DNA from: Neodothiora populina
Taxonomy: Eukaryota
DNA: 64,000 bases
Assembly (NCBI RefSeq): GCF_041146345.1
Contig: NW_027191411.1
Span: 248,001-312,000, forward strand
Direction of reading: 5' to 3'
Each line of letters starts with the position of its first letter. Position 1 is the first letter of the stretch. Under the pieces are notes generated by a model. It did not search any database and was not told the origin of the DNA. It saw nothing but the letters and a program-made list of their open reading frames with translations. Shown here piece by piece: positions 49,784 through 63,356 of this stretch. Position numbers and translations under genes: made by a program.

Positions 49784-49832
49784 GAGGTTCGAGGTTCGAG
49801 GTTCGAGGTTCGAGGTTCGAGGTTCGAGGTTC
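49784..49832. repeat. (GAGGTTC)7 perfect heptamer tandem repeat
   Basis: Seven exact units read directly from the sequence. Confidence 0.92.
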
Positions 49833-50415
49833 GACCTGGGGTGCCAAGACTTGCATTGCTCCTGCCCTGACTTCCACATGTCAGGGTTGTACTGAGCACT
49901 GCAGGTGCATTTCACAGTACATGCAGCAAAACTGAGCACAGACCCACTGCCGCTGATGACCTCCGCGTACTGTAAGATGATCTAGGCAGGTACGAACACG
50001 AAGAACGGGATCATTCGGGTCGTGTCGGTCCGGCGACTCTGCCAGCATAGCCAGACGCTGCAGTGGACGGCTCAAGTATGGGCTGCCACCGGTTAGTGGA
50101 ATCAAGAGAATCAGTAGGATTAGCAGAGATGCTGTACCGTACTGCAGCTACTGAGCAGGTACCGAGCAGGCAGGTTTGACGTAGGTTTGTCTTGGCATTG
50201 TCGAGAACCAGCCAAGGTCCTTCTTCTCCTCAAAAACACCTTCGGAAGTGCTCGAGTGCTGCTGACCATCAAAGTCGCTCTCCGTTGTTCTCGTTGTTCT
50301 CTTGCTATAACTTGTTCCTCTCTCCGCGTCCCCTCTTCTCTGTCAGGGCTTTTTGTCTACATCTCCCCTGTCTCTTTGCTCTCTGTTTTTCTCCTGCAAG
50401 ATCCTCGTCCCAGTC

Positions 50416-52119
50416 ATGTCGAGCTCTCAATGTCTCCGCCGTCTGGCGACTCCTGGCTCCATGCGCCCAGTGACCTCCAACATGCTCCGCTCCGCCTCGA
50501 GATCTGTCTCGAGGTCACCCAATGCCCTCAGAGCTCTCTCCACCTCCTCTGTGTCTCGCTCTTCTTCTCTTCTCTCGTCACAACCTCGGTAATCTTGTCT
50601 ACGACTCTTCCTTTGCGCCTGCGCTCTCTTTTGCTTACATCTGCCGCAAGAAAACCCGCACACCTCCTCCGCGCATCTCCCATCAACCTCCAGCAAACGA
50701 GAACATATGGTGAGCTCGAGTGCTTGATGTCTGCAATCGCTGTTCGCTGACATCCGATCCTAGCCGAGAAGATCGTCAAGGTGCCGGAGATGGCAGAGTC
50801 CATCACAGAGGGAACATTGAAGCAATTCTCAAAACGTGCGTTGTGTCTCCAATCAGAAACAAATCCCCTCGCCTTTCTAATCTAAACCGCAGAGGTCGGC
50901 GACTACGTCGAGCAGGACGAGGAGATTGCCACCATTGAGACCGACAAGATCGATGTCGCCGTCAATGCCCCCGAGGCCGGAACCATCAAGGAGTTCCTCT
51001 GCAACGAGGAGGACACCGTCACTGTCGGCCAGGACCTCGTCAAGATGGAGCCCGGTGGTGCTCCCGCCTCGTCTGCTGGCAAGGAGGAGGCCAGCCAAGA
51101 GCCCAAGGCCCCCGCTTCCGACGACCAGAAGACTTCTTCGCAGCCCGAGGGCGGCAAGGAGAAGGAGGCCGCAGAGAAGAAGCCCGAGCCCAAGAAGGAG
51201 GAGTCGAAGCCTGCGCCTCCCAAGCCTGAGCCTAAGAAGGAGAAGAAGCCCGAGCCCAAGGACACTAAGAAGCCTGCCCAGGACTCTCCCTTTGGCAGCC
51301 GTGAGGAGCGTCGCGTACGTTTTGTTGCCCCCTCCACCTGTTTTCAGCTACTAATACCTGCCTCCACAGGTCAAGATGAACCGCATGCGCCTCCGTATCG
51401 CCGAGCGCCTCAAGCAGTCCCAGAACACCGCCGCCTCCCTGACCACCTTCCAGGAGGTCGACATGTCCGCCCTCATGGACATGCGCAAGCAGTACAAGGA
51501 CGAGATCCTCAAGAAGACCGGCGTCAAGCTCGGTTTCATGTCTGCCTTCTCTCGCGCATCTTGCCTTGCCATCAAGGAGCTCCCCGCCGTCAACGCCTCC
51601 ATCGAGGGTCCCCAGGGCGGTGACACCATTGTCTACAAGGACTACGTCGACATTTCCGTCGCCGTGGCCACCGAGAAGGGTCTCGTCACTCCTGTTGTGA
51701 GGAACGCAGAGAGCCTCGACATGATTGGCATTGAGGCCGAGATTGCCGCTCTCGGCAAGAAGGTGATTATTCTTTTCTTTTGTCTCTTTCTATAGACGTC
51801 AATACTAATGGAAATACAGGCCCGTGACAACAAGCTCACCATCGAGGACATGGCCGGCGGTACCTTCACCATCTCCAACGGTGGCGTCTTCGGCTCCCTC
51901 ATGGGAACCCCCATCATCAACCTGCCTCAGACCGCCGTTCTCGGTCTCCACGCCATCAAGGAGAAGCCCGTCGCCATCAACGGCAAGGTCGAGATCAGAC
52001 CCATGATGTACCTCGCGCTTACCTATGACCACCGTCTGCTCGACGGAAGGGAAGCCGTGACATTCCTTGTCAGAGTCAAGGAGTTTATCGAGGACCCCAG
52101 GAAGATGTTGCTCGCCTAG
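50416..52119 (+). CDS. KGD2: Dihydrolipoamide succinyltransferase (E2 of 2-oxoglutarate dehydrogenase), mitochondrial
   Basis: Arg/Ser-rich presequence; lipoyl domain [13 protein letters not shown]...[31 protein letters not shown] and catalytic YDHRLLDG. Introns 50589..50650, 50710..50763, 50836..50892, 51315..51369 and 51763..51819. Confidence 0.95.
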
Positions 52120-53226
52120 ATGTTTCAAAGCAGTGTATCGATTGAGATGGGGATGAGATGAGGTTCGAGAGAAGGAAGAAGAGGAAGAAGAAGAAGATGG
52201 ATGATGAGGAAAGGGTCGTAGCAGAAGAACGTATACATATATCCTGATGGGAAAAGAAAAGAAACGAGAAGCAGCAGCAACAGCAGTGGAGAAAGAACGA
52301 ACGTCCTTGGTTTTACTTGTCCTTTTCACCCTATTTCTTCTTTTTCGATAAGATAATCAAATGTACAATCAATTGAGAGAACAAAAAGAAGAAACACAAG
52401 CAACGCCATATATAGTTCGAGACAAGTGCACTCGACATAGTATCTTCCCGCTGACCAATCGTGCTGATAACTACCGTGTATTAGCATAATGGCACAGTAC
52501 AGTATACGGCGAATACACTAATCGTTGAACTGAGCAAGATGAGTACATACAGTATTTATCACTTGATTATTCGATTGAGACAAAGGTAGGTTGAATAGCA
52601 GAGTGATTGAGTAAGGAGCGCAAGTGCTATACATTACTACAGAGACGCGAGGCTGGCGAACGGAGGCTGCAAGGGAGGGAGGCTGAGAAGGAGGCGGGCG
52701 ACGCTTCGAATCCCACCAAAAGTCCCGGGGCTGGAGGGCGACACTGTCCGTTCGTTCATCTATCCATATCTCCCTTCATCTATCGTTTTGTTCGTTTATC
52801 CACCTCCTTGACATGGTCGTTTGTTGTTATATGTAGTGTGTTATATGTAGTGTGTGTGTGTGTGTGTGTATCTACTTGTTCAGCTATACCATAACCCTTA
52901 TGGATGTTATAATGCATCAGTTGGTTAACCTATCAAGTGACAACATAAAGCACAGTACATACCTTATAAACATGTTCCTCGCCTCTTACCAGGTACCCAT
53001 CATTTTCTGCGCTGCACATTCTTCAACAGTAACAATATAGAGCTAAACAATTGGAGGTGTGATTATGTGATTATGATCATTATTACTCGTCCCCTCCCTT
53101 CCACTTCAATAATTAATGCATTATATGTCCAGTCATAACACAAAGAAGAAAAGAACAAACGATAATATGCCGATGGTTGTCGTTGTATCCATTCCCTGAT
53201 TCTTCTCCTTGGTGATATTGCTATTC

Positions 53227-53299
53227 TCTCTTCTTCACAGTGGTATTGGTACTGTCTCTGTAATCTCTTCTTCATAGTGGTACTGGTACTGTCCCTGTA
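53227..53299. repeat. Imperfect 37-bp tandem duplication (2 copies, 3 mismatches)
   Basis: TCTCTTCTTCACAGTGGTATTGGTACTGTCTCTGTA versus TCTCTTCTTCATAGTGGTACTGGTACTGTCCCTGTA. Confidence 0.85.
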
Positions 53300-53520
53300 T
53301 CGCGAAACAAAAGAGGAAAGAGGAAAAAAGAAGCAAAAGAAAAACTCCCGCTTCCATGTTTGTAAACATCGCCCCCCCCCCCCAATACTCCCATCTCGTG
53401 GCATCAACCAATTCATTTCGTTTCGTCATCTCGTGGGGGTTCCGAGGTTTCAAACGTGTTCGAGGATTTCATAAAACAACCGTCACTCCGTCTGTCTCCC
53501 ACTATTGCTTCCTATTCCCA

Positions 53521-55020
53521 TCAACAAACAACCGTATCTCCATCGTCGTCGGCGCTCTCCATGCCCTCGTCGCAGCTCTGTACCTCATCGACGGCCTCGG
53601 CCCTCTCGCCCCTTTCAGCCGATGTACTCCCCATGCCAGATGAAGACGACGAAGACGACAGAGTGTCGTAGCTGGGCTCGGTGTCGTGAACGTGAACGAC
53701 GCAACTGCTCTTGCCGCCTTGGACAACAGGCGCGAGGCGGGTGGTGATGGCCTCTCTCCAGCTCTTCCAGTCTGCCTCGTCGCGGATGAGGAAGCCGAGC
53801 AACATGCTGGGATCCATCTGTGTGACGTGCAGCGCTCGTATCCTCCGCGTGTGGCAGGTCGCCATGTCTGCTTCTGACGGCGACAGAGGCATACCCGGGC
53901 GCGTGAAGTGCGGGTCTAGATAGAAGTATCGACTGCCTTGCACACCGATGAAGTAATGTGATGACGAGGGGCGGCCGCCGGCGATTCCTACCGACTGAGG
54001 CAGAGACAGAGACGAGGCCAGCGAGGCCCAGTATGCGGGGGTCACGCGGTCGATGCCCAGACGAGTTCCGAGCAGGATCAAGGTTGGGTGGAAGACGCCT
54101 TCGGTGCCCTTTGCTGTGCGCATGAAGGCGTCCTCGTAGACGTCCGAGTCGTCTGGTCTGACGTAGACCCGCAGGTCGGAGGGAGTGGTTTGTGATGTGA
54201 GTGCTTGGATGCAGCGGGCTGTTGCCGACGGACCGAACCATTCACCCGGATGTTTCCCGCACGTCGAGGCACCGTGTTCGACGAAGCGATGGATGGAAAA
54301 GGGAGCATCGGGATGGTCGGCGAAGAGGGCGAGGAGGTTGGCCTCGGTCTCTGGTGATTGGCCCGTTCGCCAGTCTGATTGAGGTAGAGGTCAGTAACGA
54401 TGACAAGCAAAGATAACAAGACGCAAAGAACTACCTCGTCCCAGCTTCACCATGACAAGTGCGTTAGCCAGCAGGCTCTGCCCACTCCTGATCATGCATC
54501 CCCAGCCCGTGTCACTGGTGAAGCCAGCCTTGTTCCCAAGCATTTTTAGTCTGGTAGTAAACGACATGGACCCGGTGGCCTGTGGGTCGGTTGATGTGGG
54601 GATTGCATGGAAGTCTTGTCGGTAGGTGAGCCATATCTTGCTTTCCACATCGTCGAGGAAAGCGGTGGGCCAGCCATTGTCGGCTCCTTCGTCGGGCGCC
54701 TCGACTCGCTCGAAGCTCTCGTCTCCCTCGACGGCGCCGGAGGCCAAGAGACCAGGTTTTGCATCGTCGTCGCTGGTCGTCGACAGCTTCGAGTCGACGT
54801 GCGAACGAGAAGATTCACTGTGCGAAGGCGAGTGTGCGGTGGTGCTTGTGCTTGTGGTAGTCACGTTGTTGTTGTTGTTGTTGTCAATCATGGCAGTCGG
54901 ATGTGAGTCGTAACGCTGGCCGAGACACCATATGGGAGCTTCATCCTCGTTCCTGGGCGGCGGATCCCACACATATTGCATCAGGCGTCTGCCGGCGCGC
55001 ACAAACTCGCCGCCGTTCAT
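53521..55020 (-). CDS. ATG4: Autophagy cysteine protease Atg4
   Basis: IWCLG, WPTAFLDDVESKIWLTYR, FTSDTGWGCMIRSGQSLLANAL (catalytic Cys), GEWFGPS, GIAGGRPSSSHYF, YLDPH and MDPSMLLGF. Intron 54375..54434. Confidence 0.95.
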
Positions 55021-55394
55021 GACCGATTGTGGCAGATTCAGTAGCCTCGAAAAGGGCAGGACGGAGGAAGCAGAAGAGGACGAGAGCAGAGGGATACCCA
55101 GGACCGTCTTGATGTCGCTCAGATAAGTGGCGATGAGCGAAGTGGTCATGAAAGAAAAAGTCACAGTTGGAGAGTGGAAGAGAAGAAGGACTTTGTTGTT
55201 GAAGCCGCAGCAGCAGCTACAGTAATGGTAGAGTATGACGGTTATACAGCACAATACAGTCTGTGATAACGAAGTGGGGGATAAGGAGCCTGGTCTACTG
55301 TATCACCCATGCACTACTGCTCTGTAATTATGGGCGTGGCATCACATCACGTAGCAACAAACAGCGAGAGCCAGCCTCTTTTCTACTACCGCCT

Positions 55395-55469
<75 letters not shown>
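55395..55469. repeat. (TAC)~25 microsatellite followed by a short (CAG)n run
   Basis: Read directly; lies in the ATG4/SQS1 divergent intergenic region. Confidence 0.95.
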
Positions 55470-55471
<2 letters not shown>

Positions 55472-56627
55472 CCCCTTCTCAGCAGCAGCAGCAGCAGCAT
55501 TAGCAGAAACAACAGCAGTGGCAACGCCTACAGCTACAGCAGATCATTGCATCCGTCTACAGTATGTAAAGTGAGCCAAACGCGGCTGTGCTCGAGTGCA
55601 ACCATCAAAGACTAGCGAGCCATGGTGTATATATCAAGGCGAGGTCAAGTGTCACAGGACCAGAAGAGTGAAGTGCCAGGACATGCCGGAGGGGATATCA
55701 TTGCTGCTCTACAGGACGTGTGACTACTCGCGTCTTGCCTGCCGTACACACCCTACCGTGCCTACAGCATATCATCGGCTGTTGGTTAGATTCACCGTTG
55801 ATCAATGGAGACAGACCTTTGCCGTGGTCAAAGAGTGAGCATGTGCCCTTTATATTATCTTACACCGAAGCGTTAACTCGCCCTTTCACTGTTCAGGTGC
55901 TGGCCACGGCAGCCATGGTTACCTTGCCTTATGGTGATGGTGATTGTGATGATGATAGCGACGCTATCGTCATACGGGGTTGAGCTGCACTCCAGGGCTG
56001 TCTCATGTGGGGAAGGAAGGGCTCCAGGCAGCAACCGGCGACAACACAGTCATACCTCACTTGACCCAATTACCAAGAAGACATCTCCGTGCGCGATGAT
56101 TGCAGTAACCCAAGGCGAGCAAGACTAAGCCGATCGTAACCTGCTTTTATTTCCATCACAAAGATGTTGCTGTAGTAAGTGGAAGAGTAACGAAGAGTAA
56201 CCACTATACAAGTGGCGGAGATAAGATAAGATGCAGGCGCCGGCCGACCCTCTTTTTGACGCATGGGGCGCCTCTTATTCGCCGCTTCAAACCACCCGTA
56301 TTTGCAGTGTCATTGAATCATTGAATAATTAGATCTCTAAGAAGTGAATCACGTCGAATCATAACCGAGTGAATGTGAACTTGAATCAACCTCTTTCCCT
56401 CTCCATCTCCACTCAACTCACCTGTGCCTCAAAACTTGGCTCAATTCCGTCTCGTCCTTTTGTGCGCCTTCCTGTTCGCTTCGTCTGCCCTTTGGTCCCT
56501 TGTGCTCCTGCCTTCTGCCGTCGTTAGCATACCTTCATCCTCGCCTCTGCCCTGCTCGACACGAACAAGAGCCCAGTCCGTGCTATAGAATCAAGACATT
56601 CAATTCAGGTAGGCAAGCGGCTTGAGT

Positions 56628-59302
56628 ATGCCCAAAAAGCACAAGAACGGAGGGAGGAAGCAGAAGAAGAGCAGTGCGCCACCCGCGAGGTCTCCCAGGG
56701 CCCCTCTTCCCACCTCTGCCTTCTTCACTCCAGCATCGGGAAAGAGTGCACATGGTCAGTCTATGCGGCCTATACTATTCGCCACCTCGTGCTGACCCTA
56801 CTAGGCACCAACTCGCCTCGTCCCTACTTCTCTCTGCGTGATGAAGTGAACAGCACCGAGCGCCACCATCAGCCATGGAATCCCTCGTCGCGCCTCAGGG
56901 ATCGTGCCGTCGCCTTCGTCAGCGCCGGCACCATAGCCCCTCTCGAAGACGCCGAGATTGACGACCCTACACTTTCAGCGTCACAGCCGCAGGAGCGAGA
57001 GCAGGATGATGAGCTAGACGACGACGAGATCCGAGACGAAGAGGACGACGACCAGGACGAGGACGATGACGATGACGATCAAACCCCCGAAGTCGCTCTC
57101 GACCACAGTCTCGACGACTTAGATGCTTCTGACGGTGCCCTGGCTCAGATGAAGATTGACGTCACCTCCGCCGTACCTGCCTCTTCAAACACACTACTCG
57201 GTGCCTTTGACGGCGCGACAGACCATGTGCCGAACGGAGAGCAGATTGTGATAGAAGAAGAAGTCAAAGTGCAAGAGAAGGTTGTCAGCATTGATCAAGA
57301 GGTCACTATGGAAGAAGGCGTAGAAGAAGCACCACCTTCCATGTTCTTCATCGACACACAAGGCGACTCGGACCTCGCCTTCAAGGGGCAGAAGACCACC
57401 ATACCGCCTCGTCCAGCTTCACCTACCCCGTCTAGCTCGAGTGAAGAAGTCGTCTTCCGCGGTCGTGGTGTCACTGTTCGAGATGACCCTATCGCAGCAA
57501 CAAAGAAGTCCGCGCCGAGTCAGACGCCATCACAGCAATCTCGCCCATTGACACTTCGACCCGCAGCTCACGACACGCCGCTCGACGCTCTGGAGCGAGC
57601 CATAGATCAATCCCAAGCACAGTCTCAGCAACCAAAATCAGCGCCCAACTGGGGCAGACCTGCACCCGAAAAGGAGGAGCCTCGGCATTGGCAACATGCC
57701 GATGGTTCAGTCTCAGCTCGTCAGTCAAATTGGCCAGTGACCCAACCACAACCGCGCTTAGATCAGCATCTCAGTGCCACTATCAAGCCGGCGAGTCGGA
57801 GAAGCAAGAAAGCCAGAAAGAAGCAAAACAAGCTGATGCGTCAAGAGCTGGATCCGGAAGATGAGCTGTTGCAGGACTACATCGATAACATGGATGCCGA
57901 CGAGCGAGAAGCATATGGCCTGGCTCAGTCGGACGATTCAATAGACGACCTCTTCAACAAACTCCTTGACCAGGATGACGAACCTGAGGCCGATGCCAAC
58001 ATGGTACTGAACGTTGACACCTCTTCTGGATCTGACTCTTGGCACACCGACAACGGCGAAGATGACGAAGATGACGAAGATGACGAAGATGACGATGACG
58101 ACGAGGAAGACGTGGGCGACGAGGAAGACGAGGTTTCAGATGCGCTGGACGACCTGGACTCATCTGATCTAGAATCTGAACTAGAGTACCACGAACGCGA
58201 ACAATGGGAAGACGAGGCTGACCTCCGTCAGCGTCAACGAGACGCCATGACGGACGAGGAGATTGCTCGCATCCTGGCCAAGCAAGAGGAATATGGCATG
58301 GGCGGTGACGACTTGCTGATGTTCGACGACTCAGGCTTTGGCGACCTCGATGCCGCCAGAGCAGGCATTGGAAACATCTCCGGCACTGTCAAGCTTGGCT
58401 CTCGCTCATGCAACAAGAACGGCATGCGCAAAGCCAAACGCGCCGGCAAGAAGAGTGACCGCTTTCCTGATGCTACGCTCATGGCCGATGTGCTTGAAGA
58501 AGATCCATATGGTGGCTTCGATGTCATGGACTTTGAGAGACCATCGCTCAGAGCCAGGCCAAAGGGCCGCAAGTCTGCCGGCATCCTTCCGGAGGAACTG
58601 GGGCTCAGCGACGATGATCTCGTTGCCGACCTGAAGAATGCGTGGGAGAACGATAGATCCAAGAAAGCCTCTCGAAAGGCCGAACGCGAGGAGCTGCGCT
58701 CATTGGGCTTACTGGGTAGCGGCAAGAAGAATGGTAAGGGCAACAAGTTCAAGCCTGACATGTCCGTTCGCTACGAGGAAGGCATCTCCATGTCTCAGGT
58801 CCGTGTCGAGCTGCGTGACTTTTTGGACTCAGAGGAGTGGTCAACGAAGCACTTCCCACCCATGCTCAAGCAGGATCGCAAGGTTCTACATGAGATTGCG
58901 AACCACTTCAACCTCAAATCCAAGAGTGTGGGGTCTGGCAAGAACCGAGCCCCTGTGCTCATAAAGACGACGAGAACGATAGAGTGGAGCGAGGAACATT
59001 TCACTCGCGTCCAAGGCTTTGTGCAGCGCGGTTTCTTCCGTCAACCTGGCAAGAAGGGCAAGACGAGGGACTTTGCTGCCGACAAGATGAAGAAGAGATC
59101 AGGCGGTGGCGGCGCTGCCGGCTATGCCAACGGACAAGTCGTCGGTGCCGATGCACCTGAAATCGGCGCTTCGAACTTCGGACGCAAGCTCATGGAGAAG
59201 ATGGGCTGGCAGGCTGGTATGGCTCTGGGCAAGGAGGGCAGTGGAGGTCTTCTTGCTCCTGTCGAGGCGAGGATCAAGTCTGGCAAGGGAGGTCTCGGTT
59301 GA
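56628..59302 (+). CDS. SQS1: SQS1-like protein (acidic region, R3H domain, C-terminal G-patch)
   Basis: Exon 1 MPKKHKNGG..., intron 56755..56804. FFIDTQGD, EEVVFRGR, GGFDVMDFERPSL; R3H PPMLKQDRKVLHEIANHFNLKSKS.G.G; G-patch NFGRKLMEKMGWQAGMALG...GLG. Confidence 0.88.
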
Positions 59303-60018
59303 GGTTGTTGTTCAATTAACGCCGGTGTCTGGCAGAGCTCGAGACATGCCTTGATGGCTGAATCTGGGCTGTACCTTTGTTTGTCGAGATTGTGATTGTG
59401 CGAAATTCAGATTCTCTTCGCTGTTCAAGTACAGCATAAAGTAGAGACCTGCGCTTGCGCTGAAACCCGAAGCATTTCTTTGATCGGAAGACCGCGTTCA
59501 CCGTGATGACCTTTTACATACCACGTCTGTAATTCTGGAAACATAGCAGGGCGACCTTTTGATCAGTGGCTCACTACAATGTGGTAGGCACGCTCATACA
59601 TGTCGTGGACCAGCATCTTTGTTCCACAAAATCTTACCTTCTTGACTTACACGTAATCATCGGAGTTATACGGTCCTTCCGGTATGTATTTACATCATCT
59701 TTGACTTTTACTCTGAAAGGTCTCACTTGCTTGTTAGATGGAAGATGCCTTACTTGATGAAGCGACTGAGCAGCCAAGCTTCACTCACAGCTTCGGAACA
59801 GAACCTCGGAGACAAGCCTCCACTCCTACAACATCTCTCGCGCGAGAGAGAGAGACTCGCTTATCGCAGCTTACCTTATCATAGTCGACTACTGCCACTA
59901 GATACCCAAGTGAAGTGAAATAACTATGATTCGACGAGTGATGCGAAAAATGAAAGCGATGTTCTCACGATTATGATGATTCATCCATAATTACATCTCC
60001 ATAAAGTGCCCCGCAAAC

Positions 60019-62704
60019 ATGCCTAAGATCACACGTTCGCGAGAGTCTCACAGTTGTCGGACGTGCAGACGACGTCGAGTAAAATGCGATAAGGTAATCT
60101 ATCTATCGGATGCTTCTACAGACCACCAACGACAGTACCCACTGACGGCTGTCATTCAGATCCATCCAGCGTGCTCGAGATGCGCAGCGTCAAGTCTGAC
60201 TTGCATATATTCCGACCGCAATGCTCCGACGCCGGGATCCCCCAAGGAGAGTCCTTCTTCATCTAGTGCAGTGGTCGAAAGAGCGCCTGCTCGACGTCCT
60301 ATTGAGCATGGTCATCTGGAAGTCGGTCAAAACGGGTTTTCTTTTCATGCGAGTCCGACGTTCTGGGGCAACTCTAGTAAACAATTGGTATCTATCTATC
60401 TTTCTCTTGCCTTCTTCGTTCCCGATTTGTTCAGCTGATTATTGATGTCAGGGGGGGACCTTCGAGCTCTTTTACTGAGTGTGTCGACTACGAGGACACC
60501 CTTCCACAGCGCCTTTGAGGGTGTGGAACCAAGTAATCCTAAACTGGGAGGTTTCAGCAGACGAACTCCCGTGTTCAGTAACAATGACGATTTCACGCAG
60601 ACTTGTCCGCTCTGTGGAGCGCGGTTGAGTCTGAACTGTCTCTTGGCTATGCTACCGGAAAAAGATGTCTGCGATCATCTTTGCAACCTGTTCTCGGTTG
60701 CTGTGTACCCTCTGATGCCTATCTTGCATCAACCGGACTTCCTTGCGCAGTATCGTGCTTTCTGGGCCGAGAGCATCAACAGGAATTGGCACGTCACTGG
60801 CCCAGGACAAGTTGTCCGCAAAGATCCGTCTTTTGTCTGCTTGCTGTTTTCCATGTTGTTCGCAGCGACAATCATCGAGTCGTCAGGCCCGGACTCTGGA
60901 GAGGCGGAAGACATATTCTCTGGGGACTTGTATTTTGCCACCATGGCCTCGCTGAACTTGACTGGATTCCCCAGACGCGCCACGCACAACTCGCTCGCAG
61001 CGTATCTGTTTGCTCAGCTACAGATATCAAGAGAAGAAGAGTTTCTTGATTCCCCTACGTTTGTGAGCACATCTTTCAGGACAGCGCTGAGCATGGGCTT
61101 GCATCGAGACGGAAGTGCTTTCGGATGCTCTCCTGTTCAGATCGAGACGAGGAGGAAGCTCTGGTGGCACGCAATCCATCTCGATACCATGGTGGCTTCG
61201 TCGTCGGGATTACCGCCGCTGTTCATTAACGAGAACATCTCGAACACGGGAATGGTGAGTATTATTGAAGATCGTGCGGTGGGCGCGACAGATCTTACGG
61301 AGCACGAGTACAAGAGTGAGTTTCTTTTTGAAATTGTCAGCGACAGTCTACTGATGAAGAGCAGTCGATGTTCGACATCTCGTGGCACGATCTCGGTACA
61401 CCCTGACGAAGTCGATTAGGGGCATAATATGCAAGCATCTAGAATGCAAGCTTGACACTTTACGTGATGTCGAGGAAGAACTCAGCAACCTCGACGAACT
61501 ACAGAAATCCGTGTGGTCCATGATCTCTCAAATTACAGACGACAAGGGAACCAGTATGGCCCTGACACTGAACTCACAACAATATGGATCAACCCAATAT
61601 CAAGACTTGCCGCTGATGGAGCAGGAATGGACGCTCGAGAATCAAGCACCAACGGTACAGATCTTCCGACTCTTTTCGGCGACCATGCAACACATGATGT
61701 TACACAAAGCCTACATCATGCTCTTGTATCCAGCAATGAAGGCGCAAGACAAGTCAATCTGGGGCTCGGTGCGACAAACGGCCATCCGACACAGCCACGC
61801 TTACATCCGTCTGTTTGCGTTATTGTGCACAACACCCCAGTTCGCCTACTTCTCATGGATGTATCCCGGCACCTACCAACCCTTGCAACCACTGTCTCTC
61901 ATCCTCGCAGACCTCATCGAAGAGCCCAAATCCGACGAAGCAGAGACCTCGATCGGATTAGTAGACGCCATGTTCGCACTCTACCAAGTAGGAGAAGGCG
62001 TGACATCCTCCGGCTCTCAGCCAACCCCCAACCCCTCTTCCTCTGCAACAACAGCATCCTCAAGACTCCGCTCAGGCACCCAAACCCGCCGCCGCTTCCT
62101 CTCGCGCGCAGGGCAAGAAGTCTGGTCCTTTCTCGTGTCCGCCCGCCGCAAAGCCCTCCTTCAACTCGGACAGGACCCACACGTACTGCTTCCAGTGAGT
62201 GTAGACTGGAGCTCGTACGCCGCGCAACCGACCTGCGTATGCGGAGGCAGCACAGCGCCCTGCGCGCTGACGAAAACCGTCCTATCGCTGCCTCCTCCCT
62301 CGCAGTCCCGACAACCCAGCAGCGACCAGCAAAATCACTTCGACGCGCATAATATCTTTCCCTCCTCATCTGCTGCTGCTTCGTCGACTCGTCTGCAACT
62401 CCAGGGTCAAAGCTTAGATTTCTCCTCGGCTCCCTTCTCAAACTTGTTGAACAACAGTAGCAACAATGCAAATACTTATGTCTCGGCAAACACCATCATT
62501 CCCCAAGGCCTGTTTCCGGACCTATCCTCTCTTTCCCCCTGGGGCAGCAGCGACGACATCGGCAGTGCGGGGTTAGGCGGTCCTTCATCAATGGCATCAC
62601 CTTCTTCCGGTGGTGGTGGTGGTGCATCGGGCACGGAAGGGATGGCATTTGATTGGGATCAGTGGGATGCGGTTTTGGGTGGTGCTATCGGAAGTTTGGT
62701 CTGA
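60019..62704 (+). CDS. Zn(II)2Cys6 transcription factor with fungal-specific TF domain
   Basis: CRTCRRRRVKCDK|IHPACSRC....LTC binuclear cluster across intron 60094..60159. YPLMPILH, ALSMGLHRDG, ETRRKLWW and an acidic FDWDQWD end. Intron 61316..61364. Intron 2 (about 60377..60451) has an uncertain donor. Confidence 0.88.
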
Positions 62705-63356
62705 TCTTCTTTTTTCCGCTTTCTTTTCCTTGTTCTCTGTCGGAGAAGAAATAGTCATTTCTTTTTTTCGGATCGCTTTGTTGCATTCATGGTCTTGGAA
62801 ACAAGTTGTCCGTGTGGGATATGAGAAATGCTAATAACGTCTGTCTTATATGGTTTGGTCCAGTCTGGACTAATTTCGTCATTTTGGTCCTTGGGTATTT
62901 TGTGAGGCGGACGATATTCGCGTACTTAGGCGAGAGACAGGGTGTCATCAATTACTGGGATTAATGCCAGGCTTCAGGATTACTCTCGTTAATGTTGCTG
63001 CTGCTATTGGTTCTGCTACACTAAACCTGCTTCTGCTTCTGCTCTTGCTCCTACTCATGCTTTTCGCCTGCTGTCACTGCAGCACCTATTTCTTCTCTTA
63101 CCCGTCTCTTATACTCTTACCCATGACTCTTACTGCTTCTGATTCTGCTACTGCTACCGCTACTGCTGCACTACCAAGCAGAGATCAAATGGATAGATAA
63201 AAAAACAACTACATGAGAATAATTCTTGACCTTCCCTCTCTCTTTCTACTTCCTGCTTGTTCTACTACCAGAACATATTACGCGCACCTTGTGCCTTCTA
63301 GGCGCCAACCAGAAAAAAAAAGGACAAGTCTGCAGCGAACGAAACAACGACCAAAT

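Noticed and set aside
49784..49840. (GAGGTTC)7 as a CRISPR array or an array of tRNA B-boxes
   Set aside because: No spacers, eukaryotic context, and the units lack the final CC of the B-box consensus.
52695..52720. GCTTCGAATCCCACCA as a tRNA T-arm
   Set aside because: The T stem does not pair, and there is no A-box or cloverleaf upstream.
55263..55574. Poly-Tyr, poly-Thr and poly-Ser ORFs
   Set aside because: Artefacts of the (TAC)n microsatellite.
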